Shown: piece after piece, positions 19,520 through 29,649 of the stretch
Layout of the letters: the number at the start of each line of letters is the position of its first letter
How positions within the stretch are numbered: the first letter of the stretch is position 1
Assembly (NCBI GenBank): GCA_019058015.1
Contig: JAHLWH010000134.1
Coordinates: 1 to 64,000 of the forward strand
Length of the DNA: 64,000 bases
Direction of reading: 5' to 3'
From: Promethearchaeota archaeon
GTDB taxonomy: Archaea; Asgardarchaeota; Lokiarchaeia; Sigyniarchaeales; SOKP01
Translations under genes and position numbers: made by a program
Notes under the pieces: model-generated
What the model was told of the DNA's origin: nothing
Seen by the model: the letters and a program-made list of their open reading frames with translations, nothing else
The model's database searches: none

Positions 19520-19559
19520 AAAATTTAATTAGAAGTAATAGAATGGAATAAAAGGAATT

Positions 19560-22340
19560 ATGCGTGATTATAATCCCAATATAATAGAAAAGAAATGGCA
19601 AAAGAAATGGGAAGAAAAAAAAATTTTTGAAGTAAAAAAGGATTCAAAAAAGAAAAAATATTATGTACTCGAAATGTATCCTTATCCCTCTGGAGAACTT
19701 CACATAGGTCATCTACGTAATTATTCTATCGGTGATGCTTTTGCTAGATACAAACGAATGTGTGGATTCCATATGCTTTATCCTATGGGATATGATTCTT
19801 TTGGACTACCCGCAGAAAACGCCGCAATTGACGAGGGGGTTAATCCAGAGGAATGGACAAATTTAAACATCGATACTATGAGAAATCAACAAAAACGAAT
19901 AGGATTATCTTATGATTGGACTCGCGATATTCACAGTCACGACCCGAATTATTTCAAATGGGACCAGTGGTTTTTTCTGAAAATGTTAGAAAAAGATCTA
20001 GCTTATAGGGAAAATAGTTATATTAATTGGTGCCCTCAATGTGCAACGGTGTTGGCTAACGAACAAGTTCAAGGTGGTCAATGTTGGCGCTGTAATACAG
20101 AAGTAGAACAAAGATTCTTGACCCAATGGTTTTTAAAAATAAGATCTTATGCCGAAGAATTGTTAAATGGCTTAAATGATGTTGATTGGCCCGAAAAAGT
20201 TAAAGTCATGCAAAGAAATTGGATCGGGAGGTCGGAGGGATCGATAATTAAATTCCCAATTGTGGGAGAAGAAAAGACCATTGACATATTTACAACTAGA
20301 GCTGATACACTTTTTGGAGTAACTTTTATGGTTTTTGCTCCAGAACATCCTTGGATTCACGAATGGGTTAAAGGAACTGAATATGAAAAGGATTTTGAAA
20401 TTTTTTATACCGATGTTAAAAAACAGAATAAATTTGAAAGAACAGATGTTGAGGTTGAAAAAAAAGGGATGTTTATCGGTAAATACGCGTACAATCCAAT
20501 GACAAAAGAAAAAATTCCTATTTATATTGGAAATTTTGTCATTTATGAATACGGTGCAGGTGCTGTTATGGCGGTTCCTGCTCACGACCAGCGTGATTTT
20601 GAATTTGCAAAAAAGTATAATATCACGATTAAAATTGTCATTCAACCACCTGATTATGAATTAAATGCGGATAAAATGATAAGAGCTTATGTGGCAGATG
20701 GTATCCTAGTAAATTCAGAAGAATTTGACGGGATGGATAATCGAACTGCAAATAATGCGATAGCAAAAAAGTTAGAGAAAATAGGGATGGGTCAAGCAAC
20801 TATTAATTATAAGTTAAGGGATTGGTTAATTTCCCGTCAAAGATATTGGGGTTGCCCAATACCAATAATATATTGCGATGATTGTGGAATTGCGCCTATT
20901 TCTTATGAGGATTTGCCATTAGAATTACCAAAAGATGTTAAATTCACTGGAAAAGGAAACCCTTTAGAAACCTCTGAAAATTTCATTAATTGCCAATGTC
21001 CAAAATGTGGTAAACCAGGGAGGCGTGAGACTGATACAATGGACACTTTCATTGACAGTGCATGGTATTTCTTCAGATTCTGTGATCCTCATGCAAAAAA
21101 CTTACCATACAGAAAGGAAATTGTTAATTATTGGGGAAATGTTGATCAATATATTGGCGGAATTGAACATGCAATAATGCATCTTCTTTATGCAAGATTT
21201 TTTACAAAAGTAGCGCGTGATCTTGGGCTACATTCACATGATGAACCCTTTCAACGATTATTAACACAGGGTATGATCAACAAAGCACATCCATATTGCC
21301 CAAAATGTAATTCCTTTGCGATGAAAGCAGAAATGCATGATGAGAGATGTAAACGATGTGGAACGGAATATATTCTAAAAAGCGCTAAGATGAGCAAATC
21401 TCTAGGAAATACCGTAGATCCAATTGGAATTATGAATGAATATGGGGCAGATGCAACTAGATTTTTCATATTATTCGGAGCAAGTCCAGAGAAAGGATTG
21501 GAATGGTCTGATCAAGGAGTTGGATTTGCATATAAATTTGTCTCTGGTTTATGGGTACTTTTTACAGAGTCTGCCGAAAAAATAAGAAACAAAAGGAATA
21601 TAAATGATACTTTTATAGAATACAAATTAAATAAACTCATAAAAATTGCTACAGAATACATGAATAATCTTGCATTACGTGATGCGATAAATGAAATTGT
21701 TCAATTTATTCCATATTTTAAAGGATATAAGAAAAATGGTATTATTGAAGATCTATATAAAGAATGTCAAGAAAAATTGCTACTGATCTTACATCCATTT
21801 ATACCACACATAACAGAAGAATTATGGGAAATGCTTGGTCATAAAGATTTCTTAAGTATATCTACTTGGCCATCCTATAACAAAAATCTACTAACAGATG
21901 AAAACGATTTTAAATGGAATTTACTGAACAACACAATAGATGATATAAAAAATATAATACAAATTTTAAAGGGTCATAAAATTTCTTTGATTAAAATTGT
22001 AATTGCAGCCGAATGGAAATACAAATTGTTTTCAATATTAATACCATTGATTGAAAAATCTAAAGATCAAGGAGAAATTATGAAATTAGTTATGCAGGAC
22101 GCTGAATTGAAAAAATTTGGGAAACAAATAAATCAAATCACCAATAATATTTTGCAAAATCTTGGGACATATTCAAAAATAGTCTTAACATCAAAAAATG
22201 AAATGGACTTTTTTAATGAAATAAAACCAACTTTTCAGGATAAGTTTGGGGTTAATATTGAAATATTTTTAGAAGATCAAATTGATCATAAAAAAGCTAA
22301 ACAAGCATTACCTGGGAAACCCGTTCTAATTTTAGAGTAA
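19560..22340 (+). CDS. leuS: Leucine--tRNA ligase (bacterial-type core, archaeal-type C-terminal domain)
   Basis: MYPYPSG.LHIGH, GYDSFGLPAENAA, CP1 editing motifs FTTR.DT and GAVMAVPAHDQRD, DW.ISRQRYWG, KMSKS; ends KAKQALPGKPVLILE. Confidence 0.97.
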   Translation: MRDYNPNIIEKKWQKKWEEKKIFEVKKDSKKKKYYVLEMYPYPSGELHIGHLRNYSIGDAFARYKRMCGFHMLYPMGYDSFGLPAENAAIDEGVNPEEWTNLNIDTMRNQQKRIGLSYDWTRDIHSHDPNYFKWDQWFFLKMLEKDLAYRENSYINWCPQCATVLANEQVQGGQCWRCNTEVEQRFLTQWFLKIRSYAEELLNGLNDVDWPEKVKVMQRNWIGRSEGSIIKFPIVGEEKTIDIFTTRADTLFGVTFMVFAPEHPWIHEWVKGTEYEKDFEIFYTDVKKQNKFERTDVEVEKKGMFIGKYAYNPMTKEKIPIYIGNFVIYEYGAGAVMAVPAHDQRDFEFAKKYNITIKIVIQPPDYELNADKMIRAYVADGILVNSEEFDGMDNRTANNAIAKKLEKIGMGQATINYKLRDWLISRQRYWGCPIPIIYCDDCGIAPISYEDLPLELPKDVKFTGKGNPLETSENFINCQCPKCGKPGRRETDTMDTFIDSAWYFFRFCDPHAKNLPYRKEIVNYWGNVDQYIGGIEHAIMHLLYARFFTKVARDLGLHSHDEPFQRLLTQGMINKAHPYCPKCNSFAMKAEMHDERCKRCGTEYILKSAKMSKSLGNTVDPIGIMNEYGADATRFFILFGASPEKGLEWSDQGVGFAYKFVSGLWVLFTESAEKIRNKRNINDTFIEYKLNKLIKIATEYMNNLALRDAINEIVQFIPYFKGYKKNGIIEDLYKECQEKLLLILHPFIPHITEELWEMLGHKDFLSISTWPSYNKNLLTDENDFKWNLLNNTIDDIKNIIQILKGHKISLIKIVIAAEWKYKLFSILIPLIEKSKDQGEIMKLVMQDAELKKFGKQINQITNNILQNLGTYSKIVLTSKNEMDFFNEIKPTFQDKFGVNIEIFLEDQIDHKKAKQALPGKPVLILE

Positions 22341-22416
22341 CAGAGAAAAAAATAAAAATAAAAGCTCGAAAAAATATATTTTAATTAATATAATAAGAAA
22401 TTAATGGTGCTGAAAA

Positions 22417-23010
22417 ATATCCAAACAATCCCCAGATTATTCAAATTTAATTTATTTTATTAATATCGGATGTTATGAAAGCTCCTATTTTTCATGGAAA
22501 CAAAAAAATTTACCAAAATCTTTTTTTTTTGAAAGCTTTCTCGCTAGAAATGCACCTAAAGAATCCAGATATTATCATATAAACAAAGCTGACTCTAAAG
22601 TTGTATTTATAAAAAAAAAAGATGTAGTCTTTGTAATTGGTGCCGATAAATCCGTTCAATTTCAGTTAATTGAGGCGATTTTGGATTATATTTCTGATGA
22701 ATTTATTGAAATCTATGGAGAATCTTTTTTAAATTCATATGATGCAATTTATGATGATTTTTTTAAAGGTTTTAACTCAGTAGTGGAGAAAGCTATAAAA
22801 AATGTACCGAGTAAAAATGGAAAATTTGTAGATGCATTTTGTAAATATTGTAAAAAAACTCTTAAGATATATGTAAAGAATAGTTTAATCGAGAATTCAA
22901 CTAAAAAATTGGTTCCTTTAGTTTTTAATCATCATGACCATGCTCTATTACTCTATATTGATACAAATTTTATTGTAAGAAGTGTTGAAATAATTTCAAT
23001 CTCGGGTTAA
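22417..23010 (+). CDS. Hypothetical protein: longin-like N-domain plus CxxC/H metal-binding C-domain
   Basis: The frame is open from 22414, about 88 codons upstream of the tracked TTG. Beta-beta-helix pattern (VVFIKKKDVVFVIGAD...LIEAILDYISDEFIEIY); C-terminal CKYC...HHDH.LLLYID.NF.VR. Confidence 0.65.
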   Translation: MSKQSPDYSNLIYFINIGCYESSYFSWKQKNLPKSFFFESFLARNAPKESRYYHINKADSKVVFIKKKDVVFVIGADKSVQFQLIEAILDYISDEFIEIYGESFLNSYDAIYDDFFKGFNSVVEKAIKNVPSKNGKFVDAFCKYCKKTLKIYVKNSLIENSTKKLVPLVFNHHDHALLLYIDTNFIVRSVEIISISG

Positions 23011-23122
23011 TAAAGCTTGTTTTATATCGTTTTAATATTAATTTTCTATAATTATTTATATCCAATTAACAAATTTTAGTATATACTGAATATATGAAAA
23101 ATTGGGAAATTTTTAATAATAG

Positions 23123-23992
23123 ATGACAATTTACTCACTTCAAGTTATAACGACCACTGGTTATCCCTATTATAATCTAGAAATAGAACCTCAACCTGAA
23201 GGAGTTCCTCTTTTTCTAAGATTTTTCGATTTTTCAACTCAAGAATTTAACCATGAGAATGAATTCAATCCAATCGAATGTTTTGAATTGACTTCTGGAT
23301 TTGTTTCAGCTATTTTTGAATTTGCTAGACTTCTAGATAAAAACCTAAAAGTATTGGAATTTATTCCCTTACGCAAAAATATAAAAGGTAGCAAAAAATC
23401 CCAAGAAAAGCAAATAAAAAAACACAGTGGCAATGTTTTAATAACATGTCAAACAGAAACCTATCTAAATAATAAGGCTGTAAAACAAAAAATTCAAATG
23501 ATATTTGATTGGGTAATTCAAAATAAAATCCCTCTTGGTCCAGAAAAAAAAATAAATCCTGAAGAAAAAGAAAGAATTATGCGAATACTCACAGATGCAA
23601 AAGCAAAATAACAAATTGAAGCAAAAAAAAATGAATTAAAAAAGATTTTTAATGATTTTTTAAATGAAATGAAGGTTTATGGACTTGAAGGACTATGTGT
23701 TACATCATTTGATTTATCCCCTATAATTTCTTTTGGTATTGATTTTAAATCTGTTGAAGCCCTCCTAAGAAATTTAGGAGATATTCCTGATGTAGAGACT
23801 TTACAATGGAAATATCGAGAGTCAACAATTGAAGATCTAAGGAAATGGGTCTATATAATCAATTCTGGAGTAGGACCTTCTGAAGAATCTATTTTTATGC
23901 CATATTATTATATTCTTTTCGCTAGTCCTGAGAGCTTTCTTGGAGAATCCCCGGGTATTTTAGCTTCTAAAATTAATCTTATTTTAGGCTAA
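23123..23992 (+). pseudogene. Single ~289-codon gene (longin-like plus roadblock/longin-like domain) interrupted by one in-frame TAA
   Basis: ORFs 23123-23611 and 23669-23992 share a frame, and the 19 codons between them are open (QIEAKKNELKKIFNDFLNE). The stop may be real or a sequencing error. Confidence 0.7.
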
Positions 23993-24093
23993 GAAAAAAT
24001 ATATCTTGAATCATATACCTGATATATTTGAAAGAGATTCAGACTATCGTAATTAGGCTCTTTTTTACTTATAACACCAAATATGTCATTCAT
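23989..24093 (-). pseudogene. 34-codon ORF resembling the GlmS N-terminus
   Basis: MNDIFGVISKKE...YQVYDS versus GlmS MCGIFGVITNQD...YRGYDS. Confidence 0.4.
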
Positions 24094-24305
24094 ATAAAAG
24101 AATAAATCTTTTGAATTAAAAATTAATTAGAATAAAAAATGTTTTAAGATCTCTGAATAAATGACAATATTATTAAGATATACTATTATAGCTCTGAAAT
24201 AAATTAATAAATAAAATCAATTCGATATATTAGGTAATTAAATTTATTAGAAAATGCTCTTTTTTTAAAACATAATTAAGTATCTTGCTACAAAAGTAGA
24301 TTTTT

Positions 24306-25277
24306 ATGCCAATCAAAATTATTATAACAGAAAATTTTGAACACATGAGCGAAATTGCATCCATAATTATTAAAGATAATATCATCCAAACGTTACAGAA
24401 GAAAAAAGAATTCGTTATTGGATTAGCAACAGGAAATTCGCCTACTGGTCTTTATAAACATTTAGCGAGAATGGCTAACGCTGGTGAATTTGATAGTAGT
24501 CGGATCCACAGTTTCAACCTTGATGAATATATTGGCCTTCCAGGTGAAAATGTTCAACAACGCACGATACATCCGGAGAGCTACTGTTATTTTATGATTC
24601 AAGAATTTTTTGGACATCTTGTCAATAAATTCATAGAAACAACTGTTCCTTATGGGTGCTTAATCGATCAAGACCATCTCATACAAGAATTGGAAGGTCA
24701 TCCAGATGATTGGCGTGAATTGGGCACAGATGCTGGTAAATCAATTAATATCATAGATAATAAATTTTCAGAATATCTAGCTTGGATCCGTAAAACAATC
24801 TTGGATGGATATGCCCAAAAAATTAAGGATATTGGAGGTATTGATTTGCAAATTATAGGAGTTGGTGGACGTGGCCATGTAGCTTTCCATGAATCGGGAA
24901 TTCCTTTTGATGGTAGTAATATCATGTTAGTTAAACTTGACGATAACACGATAAAAAATGCCGTTATCGATGGACATTTTCCCTCAGAAAAAGATAGCCC
25001 ACATTATGCTATTAGCATGGGTGCAGAATTAGTTTATAAAGCGAAAACAGTAGTCCTGCTAGCTACTGGCGAACGAAAAGAAAAGGCAGTTGCCGAATCA
25101 CTATTAGTTGATCCTACACCAAATATTCCCATTTCCTATGGTCAGAAATACTCTGAAAAGGGTGGTAATCTAATTTATGTATTGGATAAAATTGCTGGTC
25201 GAGAGTTGCTCGCTAATAAAATGATACTTGAACAAAAAGGTATAGAAATTAATATTTTACAAAAAACCAGTAATTGA
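24306..25277 (+). CDS. nagB: Glucosamine-6-phosphate deaminase
   Basis: GLATGNSP, FNLDEYIGL, HPESY, GGIDLQIIGVG..GHVAF.E, AISMG. Confidence 0.9.
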   Translation: MPIKIIITENFEHMSEIASIIIKDNIIQTLQKKKEFVIGLATGNSPTGLYKHLARMANAGEFDSSRIHSFNLDEYIGLPGENVQQRTIHPESYCYFMIQEFFGHLVNKFIETTVPYGCLIDQDHLIQELEGHPDDWRELGTDAGKSINIIDNKFSEYLAWIRKTILDGYAQKIKDIGGIDLQIIGVGGRGHVAFHESGIPFDGSNIMLVKLDDNTIKNAVIDGHFPSEKDSPHYAISMGAELVYKAKTVVLLATGERKEKAVAESLLVDPTPNIPISYGQKYSEKGGNLIYVLDKIAGRELLANKMILEQKGIEINILQKTSN

Positions 25278-25353
25278 TTATCTCGTTTTTGTATATACTG
25301 TTTTACTATGAAATATAAAATTATTTCTTACAGTGTTAAAGTTACTAATTTAT

Positions 25354-27195
25354 TTAATGAACTGTAACAGTCTTACTTAAGTTCAATGGCTTATCTGGGT
25401 CGAGTCCATGGAAAATTGCTGTATAATATGCAAGCAACTGTAATGCTGGAATAAAGGTAATTGGACTAAATATACTATGGTATATATCGGCTGGTTGAGG
25501 TATATCAATTGTCATATCACTATGTACTCTGATTTTTTTATCACTTTCTACAACAATGGAGATAATTTTGCCCCCTCTTGATTTAAATTCCATTAAATTT
25601 CCGATTAATCTAACATAAGTCTCATCTGGCGGTGCGATAAAAACGATCGGGTATCCTTTTCGTACCAATGCAATGGGACCATGTTTTGCTGAAGCTGCAG
25701 AATATCCTTCAATGAATCTACAAGCTACTTCTTTTAACTTTAATCCACCTTCTTTAGCTGTACCAATTGATATCCCACGAGCTAAAAAAAAATAACTCGA
25801 ATGTTTCTCTAAATCTTTTACAATTTTTCTAATTAAATTAATATTATTACTCAAAAAATTCTCAATTATTTGAGGTGTTGATTTTAAAGCCTTGTAATAG
25901 TTTTGTATTTCACTTTCTGGTTCTATTTTTCTCAATTTTGCAATCTCCAACGCGATTAATGCAAGTGTAAGTACTTGACAAGAGTAAGTTTTTGTAGCAG
26001 CGACTCCAATTTCAGGACCAGCTTGTGTAATTATAAAGTGATCTGAATATCTTGTAATTGATGATCCTACAGCATTAGTTATCGATAAAATTTTTAAATT
26101 TTGTGCTTTTTTGGCCCAGCGAATAGCCTCAATTGTATCTATTGTCTCACCTGATTGTGAAACTGCAATTATTACTGAATTATCCCTTAAAAAATTTGTT
26201 AATTGACCTTTTAACTCAGAACACTCAATTGCCTGAATATATTTACCTAAAAATTTGGAAATAATAAATTTTCCAGCTAAGGAAGCAAATAGTGAGGTTC
26301 CAGCACCAGTAATATAAATATCATTGGCAGACAAAATTATTTGGGCAAATATTTTAATATCTTCATTTGAAATCTTCAATGTTCGTTTCAAAGCTTCAGG
26401 CTGTTCATATATCTCTTTTAACATAAAATGTTTATATCCTCCCTTTTCTGCTGCATTAATACTCCACTCAATTTGTTGAGATTTCTTCTCAATTATCTCT
26501 GAAGTATTCATATCAAAAAATTCTACCTCTCCTGCTTTTAAAATCGCCATCTCACAATCCTCCAAAATGTAATATGTTTTTGTTAATGGCAGAAAAGCTG
26601 GAAAATCTGATGCACAATAGGTCGCTACTCCGGGTTCAATCCCAATTATAATCGGAGATTCTTTTCTTACAGCAATAATAGTATCTGGGACATATAAGCT
26701 TAGAATGGCTAATCCATATGACCCTTTAAGGATTTTTAAAGCTTCAATAATTGAATCCTTAAAGTCTAACCCTTCCTTCATTTTCTCTTCAATTAAATGT
26801 GGAATAATCTCTGTATCTGTGTCAGATTTAAAATTATGCCCCCTTTGAATGAGTTCTTCTTTTAGAGTCATAAAATTTTCAATAATTCCATTATGAACAA
26901 CCGTAATGTTATTAGAACAATTTGTATGTGGATGACTATTAATTTTTGTAGGAGCGCCGTGTGTTGCCCATCTAGTATGTGCAATTGCAATTTTACCGGG
27001 AAAATCATCTAATTTTAGCTTTTTATGAACCTCATCGATTTTTCCTGCATCTTTCTTTATAAATAATTTTCCATCATGTTGTGAAACTATTCCAACGGAA
27101 TCGTATCCTCGATATTCTAATCGTTTTATTCCTTCAAGTGCTATTTTACCAATGGGTATATCTTGATTTGTTATAACTCCAAAAATTCCGCACAT
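25354..27195 (-). CDS. glmS: Glutamine--fructose-6-phosphate aminotransferase
   Basis: MCGIFG, LEYRGYDS, HTRWATHG, HNGIIEN, SQSGET, LKLKE, KHGP, SKTVTV. Confidence 0.97.
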   Translation of the reverse strand: MCGIFGVITNQDIPIGKIALEGIKRLEYRGYDSVGIVSQHDGKLFIKKDAGKIDEVHKKLKLDDFPGKIAIAHTRWATHGAPTKINSHPHTNCSNNITVVHNGIIENFMTLKEELIQRGHNFKSDTDTEIIPHLIEEKMKEGLDFKDSIIEALKILKGSYGLAILSLYVPDTIIAVRKESPIIIGIEPGVATYCASDFPAFLPLTKTYYILEDCEMAILKAGEVEFFDMNTSEIIEKKSQQIEWSINAAEKGGYKHFMLKEIYEQPEALKRTLKISNEDIKIFAQIILSANDIYITGAGTSLFASLAGKFIISKFLGKYIQAIECSELKGQLTNFLRDNSVIIAVSQSGETIDTIEAIRWAKKAQNLKILSITNAVGSSITRYSDHFIITQAGPEIGVAATKTYSCQVLTLALIALEIAKLRKIEPESEIQNYYKALKSTPQIIENFLSNNINLIRKIVKDLEKHSSYFFLARGISIGTAKEGGLKLKEVACRFIEGYSAASAKHGPIALVRKGYPIVFIAPPDETYVRLIGNLMEFKSRGGKIISIVVESDKKIRVHSDMTIDIPQPADIYHSIFSPITFIPALQLLAYYTAIFHGLDPDKPLNLSKTVTVH

Positions 27196-27267
27196 AACTT
27201 CTAAACCAATTTTAAATTAGATTAAAGTCAGTAAAGTTCTAAAGAAAATAAATTTATTTATATATAT

Positions 27268-27807
27268 ATGAGCTTTAAAAAATTACCAATTACAAGTCAT
27301 ATTGGATTGATGTATCCAAGACAAACAATTTTACTAACTACTTACCCTGTAAATATTATCCCTCTTGCTTGGACTCTTATTTTAAGTAGAAATCCTCCTA
27401 TTGTAGGAATTTCCGTGTCACCCTCAAGATTCTCTCATAATTTAATTAAAGATCAAGGAGAATTCACAATAAATGTTCCTACAAGGGAAATATTAAAAAA
27501 AGTAATGTATTGTGGTCAAACATCAGGTAAAAAAGTAAATAAGTTTAAAGAAACTGGCTTAACACCATTAGATGGAATAAACGTGAAGTGTCCTCGAATA
27601 AAAGAATGTATTAGCCACATAGAATGCAGACTGATCGATAGTAAGGTCTATGGGGATCACACTTTATTCATTGGTAAAGTTGTAACATGTCTAGGAAATG
27701 AGGATTTTTTAAAAAATAATAGAATAGATATTAAAAAAGTAGAAATACCTTATCATTTGACTGGTAGGAATTTTACTTTTAATCAGAAAAAAATTTATTA
27801 TGTTTAA
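27268..27807 (+). CDS. Flavin reductase-like (flavoredoxin) protein
   Basis: PP.VGISV, GEFTINVP, CG..SG..V.KF, IEC, GDHTLFIG.V. Confidence 0.9.
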   Translation: MSFKKLPITSHIGLMYPRQTILLTTYPVNIIPLAWTLILSRNPPIVGISVSPSRFSHNLIKDQGEFTINVPTREILKKVMYCGQTSGKKVNKFKETGLTPLDGINVKCPRIKECISHIECRLIDSKVYGDHTLFIGKVVTCLGNEDFLKNNRIDIKKVEIPYHLTGRNFTFNQKKIYYV

Positions 27808-27933
27808 ACAAATTGAGATCCATTATATTGGAGAAGACATAGAAAATATACAATCTTTTTCATAAAATAAAAATATGGGAAGCAAGTATCGTTTGCTCCA
27901 AATGATTTCAAAATGTAGAAAATCATTTAAATC

Positions 27934-29649
27934 TTAAAGAGCGTTAATTTCAGCATATTTATATTTATTGAAAATCTTACGAATTTGTTCAAATAATTCT
28001 AAAACATCGGTACTGGAGATCATTTTTTTTTGTTTAGTATTTTGAATATTGTCTGAAATTAATTTTAACTCGGGATAAATTTTAATGCGATCCGAAAGAT
28101 TATTTTGCTCAATATCAAGTGAAAGTTTTTCAACACCACCAAACTTATAATTTAATCGATATACAAGTTGATCAACAATATAGTCAATAATCTCTAAACA
28201 AATGAAATAACAGCTGGAATAATCCCCAGAACGAAAACAATTTCGAGTAAAATTGAGTCGAAAATTGAGGTCTTTAATTTTGATTGCCTTATTGGTTCTT
28301 TTAATATTGATTTTATTTTGTCTCTTATCCTTCAATAAAATCATATCGATATTCTTTTCCTTCTTTCTTACTTTTGATGATTTTCTTGAGATATGAGTCT
28401 CTTTTACCCAAGGAACTTGTAAAAGAAAGGGATTTTTAATAGAGGGCGTTCTAATTATACATTGCCCCTTTTCTAATAAAGAGAGATACATATACTTCTC
28501 TTCGGGTAAATTTAATAATTCAGCGAAATTTTTTTTCTTAAAATGTGTTTCAAAACCTATAACCAAACCCGAATTAGCCAAAATATTTTCACTGATATCG
28601 GGTCTTGTGGCAATAGCCATTAAACTCTCACCCGTACCTCTCTGGAGCAATGCAATATCTTCAAGATATGTGCTAATTTTATCATTCTGAGAACTTTCCT
28701 TAGGCATAAAGTATGTTGCATCGTCAACAATTGTTAGATGCTTTAACCTATTAAATATGCCGGCAGAAACATTATAATCCCAGATATTCTTTAAAACTAA
28801 CATTAAAAAGAAATAAATATCTTCTTTATCTCCTCCAAGTCTAATGATTGAGTTCAAATTCAAAATACAATTATTATTTAAAATTTTACTGATTGGTATT
28901 GAATTTTTATTATTAAACACTTTTTTCAAAGGCCCTTCCGAAAATCTCCGAATTCTGTTTTTTATACTAATTAAAGTTTGCGCTAATTGTGGAATTTCAT
29001 GTTTATGATTCTTAAAATATACATTACAAATTTCATAAAAGTTTTGCCAATTTTTTGAACCTTTACCTCTACATACTTCTATTAAAACATCTACAAGAAC
29101 TTTCTCCATTTGAGGGGAAAATTCACTTGAAGAATCAATTAATCTGGTATTTTTAAACATTTCAAATATTCTTTCAGCATGAATTAAGGGACCAACTGTT
29201 CCAGGATTAAAAATATCAATAGAAAAATTCTCACCAGGAGAATATATTTCAAGATCTTTAAAATAATTCTTAAAAAAGTCAAAATCATTCTTTATTTGAA
29301 TGATTAAAAAATTAACATTAAATTTTCTAATAAAATTAAATAAAAAGTTTTTAACAAAATTTGTCTTTCCTGCTCCCGTTAACCCGCTAATGAAAACATG
29401 TCTATGCAGATCATCTTCGCTTAGAAAAATATTATGCTTTTTTTTATATTTAGGTCTTTTTAACAAAAAAGATTCTTTTACAACTAGGGATTTACCAATT
29501 TTAATCGTTCCACTTTTAGAATCTTTCCTAGAAGGTGCGTCTAAATCGATTAATTCTCTCTTTTTTTCAATACTTATAGTTTCATATAGCTTATTTCTTT
29601 TGACACTATAATCTCTTTGGATTTTCCCCCATTCTTTATATTTAGTCAT
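27934..29649 (-). CDS. HerA/VirB4-like P-loop ATPase with a C-terminal HEPN-like helical domain
   Basis: RHVFISGLTGAGKT (Walker A), HLTIVDDA (atypical Walker B), ATRP, L..G.CI; C-terminal GDYSSC...LEIID helical bundle. Confidence 0.8.
   Translation of the reverse strand: MTKYKEWGKIQRDYSVKRNKLYETISIEKKRELIDLDAPSRKDSKSGTIKIGKSLVVKESFLLKRPKYKKKHNIFLSEDDLHRHVFISGLTGAGKTNFVKNFLFNFIRKFNVNFLIIQIKNDFDFFKNYFKDLEIYSPGENFSIDIFNPGTVGPLIHAERIFEMFKNTRLIDSSSEFSPQMEKVLVDVLIEVCRGKGSKNWQNFYEICNVYFKNHKHEIPQLAQTLISIKNRIRRFSEGPLKKVFNNKNSIPISKILNNNCILNLNSIIRLGGDKEDIYFFLMLVLKNIWDYNVSAGIFNRLKHLTIVDDATYFMPKESSQNDKISTYLEDIALLQRGTGESLMAIATRPDISENILANSGLVIGFETHFKKKNFAELLNLPEEKYMYLSLLEKGQCIIRTPSIKNPFLLQVPWVKETHISRKSSKVRKKEKNIDMILLKDKRQNKINIKRTNKAIKIKDLNFRLNFTRNCFRSGDYSSCYFICLEIIDYIVDQLVYRLNYKFGGVEKLSLDIEQNNLSDRIKIYPELKLISDNIQNTKQKKMISSTDVLELFEQIRKIFNKYKYAEINAL

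Noticed and set aside
27876-27900. Small hairpin (AGCAAG-TATCG-TTTGCT) between convergent genes
   Set aside because: Short imperfect stem without a U-tract; not enough to call a terminator or ncRNA.
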